Of a stretch of DNA of 64,000 bases, positions 14,929 through 28,003 are shown one piece after another; the first letter of the stretch is position 1; each line of letters begins with the position of its first letter. The notes beneath the pieces were generated by a model, which did no database searches, had not been told where the DNA came from, and was given only the letters and a program-made list of their open reading frames with translations. A program made the position numbers and the translations under genes. Source of the DNA: the human T2T-CHM13v2.0 reference genome, Homo sapiens. The stretch lies in the NCBI RefSeq assembly GCF_009914755.1, contig NC_060942.1; one strand, 5' to 3'.

Positions 14929-17900
14929 TCTTAAAATATACAAATTAGTCCTTTATTTCTATAGAGAACAGAGAGTCCACAATTCAAACCTAAAAGCTTT
15001 ATTGTTACCTCCGAAGTAAAAGAGTCACTGGTAACATTTCTTTTTACACATTTTTTCATCATTAAATAAACTGCTAAACTTTAAAACTGATGAAATTAGA
15101 TTTCATCATAAATTTATACATAACACAAATTTACACATAAGCGTAATCAAAATGATATATTTTGTGGCATCTTTAAAACTCATTAGGATTAATTATAACA
15201 CTCTAAACTTGTATCTATCATATATACTTTCTACACGATGCCTAATACTTTCATAACTGTAATCTCAGATGTCAGTAAAGTCTTTAACATCTAGGCAATT
15301 TAGGTTATATTTATAAACAAAATTTAAGGCAGATTTCAAAAGCAGCTACACAAAAAATGGATACTATTAACTTCCATACCAATAGAAAAAAGACTAGTAA
15401 CCAAGAATGAGGACAATTGTTTATTTTTAAAATATATATTATAGCAAAAAAAATCAAAAGTGTAATGTAAGCTTTCAAATTAAATAAAATGTTTATTCAT
15501 GCTGTTGTTACTACATATATTTCTGTATCTTTTTAAACTTAAGCTTGAATATTTATATGTATAATCAATGCAATCAAAATTATCACTAAAATATTTATTA
15601 AATGCTGAGATTATCATATCTTGATATCAAGCACCTATGAATATGTTTTATGGAATAAACATGCTTCCCTCCACACAAAAAGCTTTAGAAAGGTTACAAA
15701 ATGTATAAACATTATGTTTTACACAGGCAAAAAAAGAGAGGAAGAGAAACAGAGAGGAAAAGATAATAAAGTCACTGTTCAATGGAATGTCTAAGGAGCT
15801 GTTATTTTCCTCCCAGCTTTGTGACATAAAGACATACTTTATGAACTCAAGAAGAAATAAAAGTAGGTTAACCATAATTGCACATGATAATGCTCTAACT
15901 TATTCTGTCTGCTTTATCCTCAGAAGAAATAAATGGAAGATTTATTCTACTGGCCATGTCCTATTTGAAAACAGACATTTTAGCCATCTAAAGAAGAAAA
16001 TGGTTCAGGTTTCTTATAGGAAGATAAGGCAGCAACAATAGTGTGGTTTAAATCATCAGATCCCACATTCCAGATAAGAAAAACAATACCCACAGAGCAA
16101 GAAGAGCTTGTAAAGTCAAAGAAAGAACAAAATCCAGGCTACTATCTCTAATACAAATTGGCTCCACAGTCCCTTCCATCTTCTGCAAAAATGCCAGCTT
16201 TTGAAAAGTTACTTGAAACACTGTATTGTTTGCAAGCAAAATGATTTTCAAATTATCACTAGTTCTTCAAGGGACATTAGAGTTTGCCCTAAGTCACTCT
16301 TGTTAAATAATAATTACCTAAGCTGAATTCACTTAAGCAATATTACACTCTTATATTAAATAAAGAGGACAGACACTGTCAATGTATGCACAAGCTTTGA
16401 AAAAAAATCACACAGCCTTAGCCAAATGCACCTCACAAGGGCACAGCAAACAGGGTGCACTCTGTTAGGAGCACAGATGGGAAGGTGGCCGTGGCATACT
16501 TCTGTAACCTCAATTATATACATGCCTGGGCTAGATTAAGGAAAGAAACTTCCAACCTTTTATTTAATTCTATAGTCTTTTCCTTCTCTAAGTGCATAAA
16601 CTTAAAAATTATGTCTAAAATTTATAAACTTAATAACTAAATTTAATAATTCCTCCATATAGAACAGACAAGTAATTTAATATGTATTCCCTGACACAGT
16701 ATTAACTTGAAAATGTCTGTCCACAGATGATCAGCACATTCTTCTTTAAACAACATTGCAACATGCTGAGCTCCTAAAACTGTAGCCATACAGAAAATAC
16801 AGACAAACGCTCATGTCAGAGAACAAATTGTGGCTACTATGTCTAGAGAAAGATAACATAATAGCATCAATGTCTATTTTAAGGCCATCTTCCAACATCT
16901 GAAAGTGTTCACAGTATCACTGAATTCTTAAGACAGAAAAGTTCGTGTTTTTAAATAATGATATTATCTAGGAGTAGTTCTTTCAAAATGAAGGAAATAA
17001 GTTCATAATATAGGGACTAGAGATCTGTGAATATCTATACAAGGAATTGATATTCATGAATTCTACATATCTCTATTAGTATTGTAAAGCAAAGCTGTGG
17101 ATACAACTTTAAATAGGTGTCTAATTTCACACATTCCCAAAAAGACTATTCCCAGCCAGAATCTAGTTGAATGGACTATGTTGTGACAGGAAAACTCAGC
17201 TAAGTGCAGATGTTTGTTTAATGCCAAGGAGCCTGGGAAGCCATCAAAATGCCAGACTTTCTCTCATCATTTGCCTGCCTTTTTCCAAAACATTCAAGGA
17301 TGTAAATGAGTGCTTTAAAAGGAAATTCGTGAATGTATTGTATACCTACAGGAAGATCTCCTTTTACTCTAGCCAAAGAGACTGTGGAGCAGATCTCTGC
17401 ATTAGAAAGAGGAGCAGCAGCAGTGCCTGGCAGTGACCTGACTCACCGAACCCAAGCAGGGCACAAAACACAAGTCCCTAGGAAAGCCCACAGCAGGTGC
17501 CAGAAGGCAAGGCCAGGAGGGGGGCTCCCCCAGCAGGAGCTAAGAGGATCCCAAGCCCGACAGTCTAACCCTGGAGCCTACCTTTCTGTCGGGTCCCTCT
17601 GATTGCATATGCCATGCCATCTTTTCTGAGTGGGCAGGAATCTTATTCCTTACATATGTGCCTAGAAAACCCTTCAATCTGCAGTAAAACACAGAAATGT
17701 GCTATTTTCAAAACTTACCTAGAAACCATCACTGTGAAGGCCAAGAAGACAGCCTCACAGACACTCCTGTTACCATTGCCATTACCTCACTTTAAAATAA
17801 ACTCTTGCCGAAGGCCTAAGCTACTTAGCCAGTGTGTCCTTCCTAGAAAATGAGTGGCCTCCCGCTGAGAACAGGCTTCCCACCAAGTCTAGGAGGCCAA

Positions 17901-18717
17901 TGGATTAACCACATCAGTGCTGCCTCCTCAGGGTGCTCTCCACCCTGGCCCACAGAGAATGTCTTCACACAGAGCTCTTTCACCTGGCCTTGCCCACTGA
18001 ATGAGAAAAACACGCTGCACCTGCTCTCAAAAGCTGGGGTCAGGGCAATCCCTGACAATCTTTTCACACCCCTTTACCAGTAGCTGTAGCAGCTTGTGCA
18101 TGTTCCTCAGAAGGCCCCAGAAGCCACCCGACCTAAAGTCAGAGCACTCAGATAAAGCACTGTGAGGCCAAGGCTGAGGTCAGAATGCCACCCACTTCCA
18201 GATTTCCCATGACCACTAGGAAGGCACATCATAAACAGCACTAATGGTCACAAAGGATGGTGATTTGCCTTTTAACAGACGCCATGAGCTTTACTTACAA
18301 GATACGGATTCGGCATTACCTCTTTTAGCCCTCACTTCAACCCCAAGGAGATAGTAGAATCATTCCCATTTTATAAAGAAATGAAAGTTCTATAAGTTAC
18401 AGTCACAAAGCTCGTGAAACATGAATTCAAAACCAAGTCCTGGGAGGAACATGCTTGGAAGGAAGATGTGGCTGAACACACCTCAGCTCTGAGTTGCTGA
18501 GGGATACCAAGCCAGCATGATTTCCCTGGAGCTCACAAGAAAGCCACAAGAGAGTAAACACACAAATGCATAAAGACCTCAGGCCTCCCCTCAGCACAGG
18601 CAATGGTAGCGCCATCTTCCCTTCACCCTCTACACTCTCTCCAGTCACCGGCATCCACCAAGACCTGCTCTGTGCTGCTTCTCCATGACTCACAGTGAGG
18701 CGGCCGTCGGTGCTTAC

Positions 18718-18829
18718 TTTTAACTGATGTCAACAGCATAAAAATACTTGGGGTGCGAGCAAGGGAGAGAAAACACCAGAAGATCTTTGTTGAGGCTGCA
18801 GCCCACATGCTCCCATTCCACTCACTTCC
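18718..18829 (-). other. Candidate 112-nt exon of the unidentified minus-strand host gene (possibly non-coding/UTR)
   Basis: Acceptor cacttttacttctttag|GGAAG and donor TTAAAA|GTAAGC in unique sequence. Confidence 0.45.
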
Positions 18830-18904
18830 CTAAAGAAGTAAAAGTGAACTAACTTGACTACCCATTGGATTATCTACTTTGCTAGGGACCCTGGGTGATA
18901 AACA

Positions 18905-19125
18905 GTAGTCACAGCAGGTAGACAGCTGCTGAGTGTGTGCTTACTGTCTGCCAAGGTCCCTGCTAAGCACTTTCCATGCATTAACTCGTGGAACTTCAAG
19001 ACAACCCTGAGGTATAGGTATTATTATCTTCATTTTGCAGATGAGAAAATGGAGCCACAGAAAGTTTAAGAGACTTCCAAAAAGTCACAGGAAAGTAGTA
19101 TACCAAGTGGTCCCTTGACTTTAGG
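18905..19125 (-). mobile_element. MIR
   Basis: CTAAGCACTTTCCATGCATTAACTC...AACCCTGAGGTATAGGTATTATTATCTTCATTTTGCAGATGAGAAAATGGAG. Confidence 0.85.
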
Positions 19126-19222
19126 AGCCTACGACACAATTATGGCAACAAGATTAATTCACTTTAAGCAACTGGCAAACAGTGCTGTCCAATTATTAAT
19201 ATTAATAAAAGTCAACGTCTGG

Positions 19223-19527
<305 letters not shown>

Positions 19528-19662
19528 GTCAATGCCTGTTATGCACAAGCACTACATTAGTCCAAGGAAGAGAAGGTGAGCGAGGGCTGCAGTCAACAGA
19601 TGCTTCCTGGAGAAGCGGGGCTACAGCTTGGGGCAGTGTGTCCCCCACATACGGTTTGAGAG

Positions 19663-19950
19663 CAGTGGTTCTCAAAATTACACAAATTAAAAGACAGAAA
19701 TCAGCCATCTGTATAAAAATCATAATTCATCAATATGCTGTAAATAAGAAACTAACAGAAGATATAAGAAAGTAGGTTGAAAGCAAGGGAATGTGTCCTC
19801 CAGGGGACGGGCAGGGAGGGATGCTGGGGGCATGTGGTGTGCGGAGGCCAGCAATGCTGTTAAACATCCCACAATGCACAGGACAGCCCCTCACCACAAA
19901 GAACTCTCTGGTCCAAAACTGTCAATGGTGCTAAGGCTGAGAAGCCTTAT
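19663..19950 (+). mobile_element. MER20 relic (5' terminus and 3' half separated by unrelated sequence)
   Basis: CAGTGGTTCTCAA start; GCTGTTAAACATCCCACAATGCACAGGACAGCCCC...GCTAAGGCTGAGAAGCC end. Confidence 0.75.
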
Positions 19951-20302
19951 ACAGAGGAAGGAGAATATTTAGAAGGGATCACTCTATACAAGGGAAATAA
20001 CACAGGCCATGGCTTAGAAACAGAAAAGAGCTCAGATACACGGAAGGCAATTTCTCATGAGGAATAAGAGGAAATCATGTTGCCCAGGAAGGCTTCATGG
20101 AGGGCTGTGAAAGCCAAGCAGGATTACAGCTGGATTTGGTTGGAAAGGGGGATATGCAACAGACCTGGGATGACATTCACAGGACAAGAACTCAAGAGTC
20201 AGGGAGTCCCAGAACCCAGCTGGAAGATTTGCTAGAATAGCCCAGGTGCAAAGTAACCAGCAGTTTCTGGTTAAAGAGGAGAAATGGTAGTAAAATGCCT
20301 TA

Positions 20303-20780
<478 letters not shown>

Positions 20781-21496
20781 CTATAATGTCCTCATGCAAA
20801 GGGAAAAATTACATACAATCAAATCAGACTTGGAAAATGATAAATGCCTCTAAAGGAGCAATGAAGTCAGCTTTTGTTCCAGCAGGGGAGACACTGCAGG
20901 TTCTTCAATGGGAACCCAGATGGAATCACCAGCCGCCCGTCTATGAGCAGCTGTGGGAAACCACGCCTCCCGTTCAGCACAGCACAGTCCCTTGGGGGCC
21001 TACAGAACCCAGCACACATGAGGGTACAGCAGGTCCCCCCTCCCACCCAGGGCAGTGGCAGAATCACACCCACTACTGGTGGCCAAAAGAGATGAAGTCA
21101 CCTAAGTTAAATGTGTGTATGATTCAAAGGTTTGGCGGTGGTGAAGAGTCCTCCCTGTTGGGAGACTGAGCCGGGAGGTAGACGCAGCTGCTCTGATAAA
21201 CCCACAGGCCACACTGTCCCCAGTTGACAGGGACAGGGCTGAAGCACTGCCCCCACCAAGCAAGCCGACTCAGAAAAATTTAAAAAAATTAAAAATTTGT
21301 AAGAAAAGACGTTTGGGTTTCCATGACTGGAGGCCAGCGCTTTTCATGCACATTTCACCAACCAGCGCTTATCTTTCCTCACTTATCAAATGCAGATCCA
21401 GCACTTTCTGTGCACAGAGCATTGTGGGGAATGCACAGGAGCAAGTCTTAGTCGCGCCAAGGAGGGTTCTGTCCAGTTGATTTATTAACTTAGACC

Positions 21497-21719
21497 CAGG
21501 GTCAGCACAGTTTTGTTTTGTTTTTTTAAAGTCCAGACTGTAAATATTAAGGCTTTGAGGGTCATAGTCCCTGCGGTAATTACTTAAACTCTGCCATGAG
21601 AGCATGAGGGGAGCCACACAATATGAAAACAAATGGGCATGGCTGCGTGCCAGTAAAAATACTGACAAAACTGGCGGCGGGCCAGATGTGGCCACTAGGC
21701 TATGGCTTGCCACCCCCTG
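21497..21719 (+). mobile_element. MER58A (hAT-Charlie)
   Basis: CAGGGTCAGCA...GTAAATATTAAGGCTTTG...GGGCATGGCTGCGTGCCAGTAAAA...GGCGGGCCAGATGTGGCC...TTGCCACCCCCTG. Confidence 0.88.
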
Positions 21720-22444
21720 GCTTACACCTGTACTGTGAGCTGATGAACCAGAATACAAACCATCAGAGAACTTGGCAGAACACACAGAGCGGAGTTCTGG
21801 AAATGCCTGTGAAAAGCAAGTTTTGATGAGGGTGGAAGACAGCACCAGGGCTGGTTACTCTGTAAGCGAGACCCTGCGGGGAGAGCCTCTCAGAGGAAGC
21901 TAAGTGCCCAGGGCAGCCCAGCCTCATGTTGGGAAAGAGCAACACACCCAGGAAATTCAAGCATAAAGCACTGCACGATCCTGAGGAAAGCCAACTCTGC
22001 CTGGCAAATCATCCTCCAAAATTTCACCAAAACCCTTACTACCACAGAGCATATCTTCCAAAAAATGGCCTTACAATTCCCGCCCCAAATGTTACTGAAT
22101 TGTTAAGGCAGGGCACTGGTGCTTGGTAATAACAAATAATGCTTAGAGAACTTTCCTAATTTAGCTACAAATGCATATGTCACTGAACTGTGGTTAAGAA
22201 AATAGATGCCAACCTATAATAAAGCAGAAAACCTAATAATTTGATCTTGTTCTTGGTTTCAGAACACTGTAAGAAATCATTATTTTAATTCCAGGCTCAG
22301 TTTCTCAAGAAGCTTATCAATATCACCATAAAGACATACATGAATTCCATGAGGCTCTCCACAATAGCCTCTCTTCAATGTCTACCTTGACGCAATGAAC
22401 ACAGGCCTGAAGCCATAAAGAAGATACATGTCACAACTCAGAAC

Positions 22445-22965
22445 TGTTGGGAGAGACAGTGCTCCTGGGCCCTTGGGCCCCTACACATCTTGTCAGGGGT
22501 GCCAAGACTGCAGGCCCTGACCACCCCTCCACCCAGGCCATTTCCTAAGGTTGTTTATGCAGCTGGTAACTTTGAAAGATGAGTTAACTTCTTTCCTCCT
22601 TTCTCCACCTCCCTCTCTCAGCCCCTGGGAAAGACTAGGCTTATTTACTGCTTGCTAAAAAAGTGGTGGCTGCCCCTGCCTAGATGTGCAACTCTGCTAT
22701 GATGCAAATACACTGCATGCCCAGCATCCACCTGGTCCATAGCAAGCTGCCCTATGGGGATGTGTGGGGCAAGGGAAACTGACATAAATATGCCGATGCT
22801 GGTGTGCTTGCTGTATCAAGAATTAGACACCCCTTTGCCTCTGACCCAGGAGTCTTGTGTCCTCTGCCAGCACCCATGACAAATAACACAGGCTTATTTG
22901 TAACAGTGTCTTATTAGTTTGAAAGCAAGGTAAGATCAAATCCCAGAACCAACTATAATTCTCTT
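22445..22965 (+). mobile_element. LTR40-family solo LTR (ERVL)
   Basis: TGTTGGGAGAG start; GCCCTGACC...CCAGGCCATTTC; CTCTGACCCAGGAGTCTTGTGTCCTCTGCCAGCACCCATGA. Confidence 0.8.
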
Positions 22966-23046
22966 CAATATTAAATAGAAATTTGCAACTCTTTATTTCA
23001 TTTTCCTCTTTTCAATATCCATTCTTCCGCAAGGCCTCTTAAACTA

Positions 23047-23183
23047 TGAGTGGTGAAAGCTCCTGGTCTTGCACAAAGCAATCCCAGTTCACACCTGCTG
23101 ACCTACTGTTTCCAATCCAGTAAGTGCCCCCTTTCACTCTCCAAAGTGTCCTCACCTGTACATTAAATTATATGATCACCCTA
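23047..23183 (-). mobile_element. MER94 (hAT-Blackjack)
   Basis: Reverse strand reads TAGGGTGATCATATAATTTA...GGACACTTTGGAGAGTGAAAGGGGGCAC. Confidence 0.82.
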
Positions 23184-24624
23184 CTTATAACCCAATGGAC
23201 AGATATGTAATTGCTGAAAATATGTAAATTGCTTCAGTGTTTTCTTTGTGATCATTTTTCTTTAAAAACAAAAAAAGGAACAACAGTCTGACTCCAATTC
23301 TTTCACTTAAAACATGTTTTCCTGCAGGAACTTAACCCACCATAATTATATTTTGCAAATAATGGGAAGAAAGTTTAAATTCAGTATCCTCTTGAAGCAA
23401 GATGACAATCAATGGTTGTTAAGTGCTTTATTGTTGCAAAGCACATTTAAATATACACTATTTTTTCCTTTTTGAAAACTGTCATCCAAAACAGAATGAT
23501 GCAAAAAATCACATACATCTGATCTTTCATTAAATGTTATGTTAATATTTAAACATGGTTCTCTCCCCCACAATATTCTGGGGAAAAAAATTTCTCTAAG
23601 AAATATAATGAGGCCGCACCATGAAGATGTGACTCTGCAGATTCTGGGAAGCTATCCAGTTTGCGCATCCTTGTCTCTGCAACCTCATCCGTGCTGGGAA
23701 CTGGAGAGCTTGTCTCTTGCACAGTAAAGAAACAACCTGAAACAAAGTAGTCTTTTATCAAACCTTCCCAAAGGGCAGTCAAAAGGCTGAGGTTTCAGCT
23801 ACCCTATGCATGCTCTCCAACAGGTTTAACAGGAGTAAAGTCCCTTCCATTCCTACTTGCATAAAAACGCAGACCAACACTCCACTAGACGTCCTTGACA
23901 TTGACTCCTCTCTAGCTGATCTGCTGTAGGGGCAGCAGCCATGCCTAGTTCTTCACCAAACCCCTATTCCTATCTGCCCTGCACACACCCCTACACACAG
24001 TGAGATCTTAGAGCTTTGACAAAGTGCAAAGAGAAGTCGCTCTACCCAAATGTACCCTGCCAACAAGGAAGCCAACCCAGTGTTGGCAAAGCAAACTCTC
24101 AATTAAACAGATTATGCACCGTACAAAATACATCTTCGAGTGAATCACAGTAGGAAAATCCCACAGAAAGTACAAGGGAATTATAGTGCAGGCCTTGCTT
24201 TACAAACTCCATCAGATCTGCCCAAATGTCAAGTGAATTGATAAAAAAAAAAAACCCACTTTACCACTTCCATAAACTAAAATGTTAAAATATAATAATA
24301 ATAAACTTGAATGTGACAGATTACTCAAAGGAAAAACTGTGTTATTTTGTTTTGTTTTGTTTCCTAAGATACTGACAAAGCTAAATTATTGGGGTTTTTT
24401 TAAGGAAGGTCTTAGAAATTCATAGCAGAAACAAAATTTTTGGGTTTAAGAGAGGACTTTTCTTCATTGTTGTAATTTTTCATCTTCCATGTGTATCAGT
24501 GGTCTCTGAAGAATTCAAGTAAAATAAAAGCCCTCCCTGGTTGCCCACATTTCCCCTGTGAACACACAAACAGCAGATGTACATGCCCGCCCTTCACACT
24601 CCTGCTACATCTTCCTGAAAATCC

Positions 24625-24830
24625 AGCTCTGGAGTGGCAGTGGCTGGGTTCAAATCCAGTCACTGCCACTGAACAGCTGTGACTTGGGCGAGTCACTTAT
24701 CCCCTGTGCTCTGGTTCTTTTTTGTGTAAAATGCCAATAACAACAGCACCAAGCACACAGAGCTGTCACGAGGATTACATGGGTTAACACCGGCAAAGGG
24801 CTTAGGACCAAGCCTGGCACGCTAGTGTTT
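24625..24830 (+). mobile_element. MIR
   Basis: CTGGGTTCAAATCC...GCTGTGACTTGGGCGAGTCACTTA...TGTAAAATG...GAGGATTA...GCCTGGCAC. Confidence 0.85.
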
Positions 24831-25689
24831 GCTAAAACATTTTATCAAGAGAGCTACAAAATAAACTCCCTGGCAATGTCTCGCCTTTTAGATGCAAGGC
24901 AACATTGAGGTCTACTTCATCCGCAAAGTCCACATTTCTTTTGTGGGATTGTGCCTAACAGGAAGTGAGTGTCAACAAATATTCGTGGGACAGATGGATA
25001 CAAAAAGCTGTACAAATAAAGAAGCAAATGACCTCTTCCATGATTACAGTCAAAATTCCAAAGGGCTTCATTAAAGTCAAATCACCAGAATGGTAAACTG
25101 GAGCCTGCGTGCTGTTCTCACCACTAAGTGGTACTTCCTGCCCTTCCACAGTGAGTCCTGGTCCCAGTGAAAACACGATAGAACCAGTCACGCCCCGCCT
25201 CTCCTCATCGTAAGAAAGCTGCCCACTGAGACCATCCCACACTCGCCACCACCATTTCCCTCAACACTGCCACTTCTATTACTGGCAGTTATTGCCAGTA
25301 CTAAAACATGAGGCAAAATGAAATTTCTAAAGCACCGTGAAATCTATGGAAAAATATTCAGAAGCAAAGCTTTCAATTAATTCAGTATTTAAATGAAATT
25401 CATTTCAGACACAATTCGATAAAGCCTTCATATTCTGAAGAAATTCCCAATAGTATGAAAAAATATATAGGTTTCCAAAAAGCTTCTGCTTTGGTGCATT
25501 GGGAAACTCGGGCTGCTCTTGCAGTGTAACGCAGTCTGATCTGCAGAATTAATTCAGACGTCCACACAGGAACTGCAAACCCTGACTCACAGGTGCCTTC
25601 CACTGGCGGCCACCTAGATCACTGCATCTGCCCCAGTCGATACAGGAACTCCAGTCTTTATACCTTCCAAACTTACTGTCCATATGTGG

Positions 25690-26150
25690 ACCTAAAATGC
25701 CTCTACGGCTTGGCTCTCTCTCCCCCATTTATGGCCCCTCCATGGCTCTCCCGCCCTAAGGATAAAGTCCAGGCTGCCACGGCTTCTGAGGCACCTCCTG
25801 ACCTGGCTCCCCACCTGACCAGCCGACTTCTCTTCCCAGCCAGACTGTGCTACAACCTGACTTTGTGCGCTCTCTTCTCACCTCCTACCTGGAGCCACCT
25901 TCCCACCACCTCGCTGCCCCTCAGACCTCCGTGTAAATGTCATTTCCTTGGATGCCTCCTGCAACCACCACCCCGATCCCAGGCTAGGTGAGGGACACTT
26001 CCACAGCCAGCGCTTCCCTTAGCATGACACTCAGCACTTTTCATCCTAGTTCCTTTACTTGAGCCCTCCGAGAGGGCTCTTTGTCACTGTATCTCCAGCA
26101 CCTGGAATAACGTCTGGGGCACAGGAGGTCGTCAATACCAATTTAGTAAA
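25690..26150 (+). mobile_element. L2 3' fragment
   Basis: Pyrimidine-rich L2 ORF2/3'UTR motifs ending GTCACTGTATCTCCAGCACCTGGAATAACGTCTGG...CAATACCAATTTAGTAAATGA. Confidence 0.65.
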
Positions 26151-26439
26151 TGAGATGACAATGGCTTAACTGCAACAGTCAGGATGAGAAATAGAGAAGA
26201 ACCCAAAAAGAATGGGGTGGAATCCAATAGGACCTGGTGACAGAACAGACATGGGCAATAATAAAGAAAGAAGGGCCTGGCCTGGATGTCAAATCTCCAC
26301 TGGGGCAGCAATGTGAGCAGAGCCACTCAACAAGAAATAGGCAAAAGCACAAACTCAGGCGAGGGCACTAGTTTAGGTTTAGACACGCTAAAAACATGAG
26401 GTGTCCCAAAACATGTGGCTACAGTGTTGTGGCTAAGAA

Positions 26440-27335
<896 letters not shown>

Positions 27336-28003
27336 AAGGTAGCAAGATGGGATTTGTCCTCTCCTGCCCTCACACTGAAATCATTGTGTATTTACAAAAG
27401 GTGATACACAGTGCCAACTATCTAAGGACATTAGTAACGCTGACTATCACAAATTCCAGAAAGTTCTCTCAACCAAAAGCAAATAAAGCTTTGGAGGAGG
27501 GCACGGAGCACAAACAGGAAAAGGGAAAAGAGAGGAAGTGGATTTCTCTGATCCTCACCTGGCCCCCTGTCTCAAGGGTCACAAACCTGGCTGACCACCA
27601 GGAGCACTGTGTTGTATTTTGTTTATTTGCTTGGTTACAAATTCATCCATTCACATACTGAGTAACTGACAAACTCATCTCGTTCGAAAGTTAAGACCAT
27701 ATAAATAGGTATAGGTGAAGAAATCTTACCTCCTCTCCTGGCCGTGTCCACTTTTCTTCATACGAGTTTCCTGAGTTGGTTTTTTTAATTATTATTTGTA
27801 TTATACTTTAAGTTCTAGGGTACATGTGCAGAAAGTGCAGTTTTATTACATAGGTATACACGTGCCATGGTGGTTTGCTGCACCCATCAACCTGTCACAT
27901 ACATTAGGTATTTCTCCTAATGCTATCCTTCCCCTAGCCTCCCAACCCTCAACAGGCCCAGGTGTGTGATGTTCCCCTCCCTGTGTCCATGTGTTCTCAT
28001 TGT

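Noticed and set aside
18718-18829. Assigning the host gene from remembered exon sizes (a 112-nt 5'UTR exon recalled for APBB2)
   Set aside because: The upstream exon expected near 61 kb did not fit and I could not match the sequence from memory; no symbol is given without a database search.
25590-25615. CTCF-like TTCCACTGGCGGCCA
   Set aside because: It lacks the GCC/GGC half of the core motif.
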